From Azolla caroliniana (taxonomy: Eukaryota; Plantae; Polypodiophyta), in contig JBHGNT010000012.1 in assembly GCA_043228905.1 (NCBI GenBank), positions 17,794,001-17,858,000 of the forward strand: a stretch of DNA of 64,000 bases. The letters run 5' to 3'. The notes beneath the pieces were generated by a model. That model was not told where the DNA came from. It did no database searches and saw nothing but the letters and a program-made list of their open reading frames with translations. Below are positions 62,728 to 64,000 of the stretch, one piece after another; the stretch's first letter is position 1; the number at the start of each line of letters is the position of its first letter. Made by a program: the position numbers and the translations under genes.

Positions 62728-63229
62728 GTTGCCCAAACATCTTTAAATTAATTCTCTTTTGATATGGTCACCCAACCAGGTTGCCCAAACCTCTTAAAAT
62801 TTATTCTCTTTTGATATGGTCACCCAACCAGGTTGCCCAAACCTCTTAAAATTAATTCTCTTTTAATATGGTAACCCAACAAGGTTGCCCAAACCTCTTA
62901 AAATTTATTCTATGTTGATATGGTCACCCAACCAGGTTGCCCAAACCTCTTACAATTAATTCTCTTTTGATATGGTCACCCAACCAGGTTGCCCAAACCT
63001 CTTAAAATTAATTCTCTTTTGATATGGTCACCCAACCAGGTTGCCCAAACCTCTTACAATTAATTCTCTTTTGATATGGTCACCCAACCAGGTTGCCCAA
63101 ACCTCTTAAAATTAATTCTCTTTTAATATGGTAACCCAACTAGGTTGCCCAAACCTCTTAAAATTTATTCTATGTTGATATGATCACCCAACCAGGTTGC
63201 CCAAACCTCATAATCCAGGTCGCCCAACC
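62728..63229. repeat. 52-bp tandem array, 9 full copies plus a partial copy
   Basis: Unit GTTGCCCAAACCTCTTAAAATTAATTCTCTTTTGATATGGTCACCCAACCAG starts at 62728, 62780 ... 63196 and ends with AGGTCGCCCAACC. Confidence 0.95.
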
Positions 63230-63848
63230 TGTTACCTAAACGGCCAAAAAAACGGTCACATTTTAAGTCATATTAAACCCTTCACCGTCATTTTAATCAG
63301 AGCTGACTCCATCTCCAGTTAATTACCTTTTAAGATCAGATTCAATTAATCACATTCTCTATCTTAATCCGAAGCAATTAATCACATTCTCTGTCTTAAT
63401 CAAGTTCTTATAATCACATTCTCTGCCTTAATCACATTCTCTATCTTAATCACGTTCTTATAATTCCATTCTCTGTTGGTAGACAGGTCCCTCCGGATGG
63501 GAAGGGAGAAGAACAGTGCCGACGAACAAACTCGGTCGAGGCCGAAACGGTATGAACCGGATGGGGAGAACCCGACTTCGGAGAGTCGGATGGTGTAGGC
63601 CCGGTATGAACCGGATGAGGAGTACCCGACTGCAGAGAGTCGGATGGTGTAGGCCCGGTATGAACCGGATGAGGAGTACCCGACTTCAGAGAGTCGGATA
63701 GAGCCCATCGAGGCTACATTTGTAAATAGCCGAAGAGTCATATTAGTATAAATATGACTTAGGGCAAACTTTTAGTTTTTTTGTAGTAGTTGTCGTTTTG
63801 TGATTATTCTTCCTTGTTGGTGCAAGAAGAAATCAGAGCGCGTAACTG

Positions 63849-63924
<76 letters not shown>

Positions 63925-64000
63925 GTCGTAGCCTCTGTTGTAACCGCCGCCTGTGGCGAAGATCTGAGAGCACGAGGTCGTTGCCTTAGTGATCTCACTG
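63230..64000 (+). mobile_element. Probable 5' part of an LTR (U3 with tandem repeats, TATA, R-like GA tract), running off the window
   Basis: Abrupt start TGTTAC at 63230, TAATCACATTCTCT repeats at 63345-63465, a 54-bp repeat x3 at 63548/63602/63656, TATAAAT at 63747, then (GA)n at about 63855-63920. Confidence 0.5.

Larger units (their letters stand above)
57787..63229 (+). mobile_element. Putative non-autonomous DNA transposon (Helentron/HLE2-like or MULE-like) carrying a ZnF-Ulp1 gene
   Basis: Hairpin 57787-57812, microsatellite, shared core, GGTYRCCCAA arrays on both sides of a Ulp1-protease gene. No transposase is seen and the 3' end is not found. Confidence 0.55.

Noticed and set aside
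62728-63229. CRISPR-like appearance of the 52-bp array (and the 113-bp array at 58476-58831)
   Set aside because: The intervening sequences are near-identical rather than unique spacers, there are no cas genes, and the context is eukaryotic.
63400-63741. ORFs with 18-aa repeats
   Set aside because: Translation of the 54-bp tandem repeat in the putative LTR.

Overview
Eukaryotic land-plant nuclear DNA: AT-rich, with spliceosomal introns, many microsatellites and decayed transposons. A fern-like or other seed-free host is my impression only. I reconstructed the gene models by hand with consistent splice phases: the 3' end of a DUF4057 gene (1-560, +), a 13-exon plastid-type MATE transporter (DTX45-like, 5371-18685, -), an 8-exon ALE2-like receptor kinase (26930-31726, +), a 3-exon DUF620 gene (35601-38390, -) and a 4-exon DUF971/GBBH-like-N gene (50692-54947, -). 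There are also two near-identical tRNA-Lys(CUU) genes and a PLS/E-type PPR pseudogene. The most unusual part is 57787-63229. It runs: terminal hairpin, fold-back 7-mer microsatellite, a 137-bp core with a second diverged copy at 56048, a 113-bp array, a six-exon C2H2-zinc-finger/Ulp1-protease gene with one premature stop, and a 52-bp array. Both arrays are built on the same GGTYRCCCAA motif, and the unit appears to be cut by an LTR at 63230. This resembles a Helentron/HLE2-like or MULE-like non-autonomous element, but the superfamily is unproven. Also notable are a perfect 7-unit heat-shock element and a telomeric G4-capable repeat at the MATE 5' end, a fold-back nest of transposon fragments in MATE intron 10, two GC-AG introns and uORFs ahead of ALE2. 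All family assignments come from recalled motifs, not database searches, and identities are estimates by eye.
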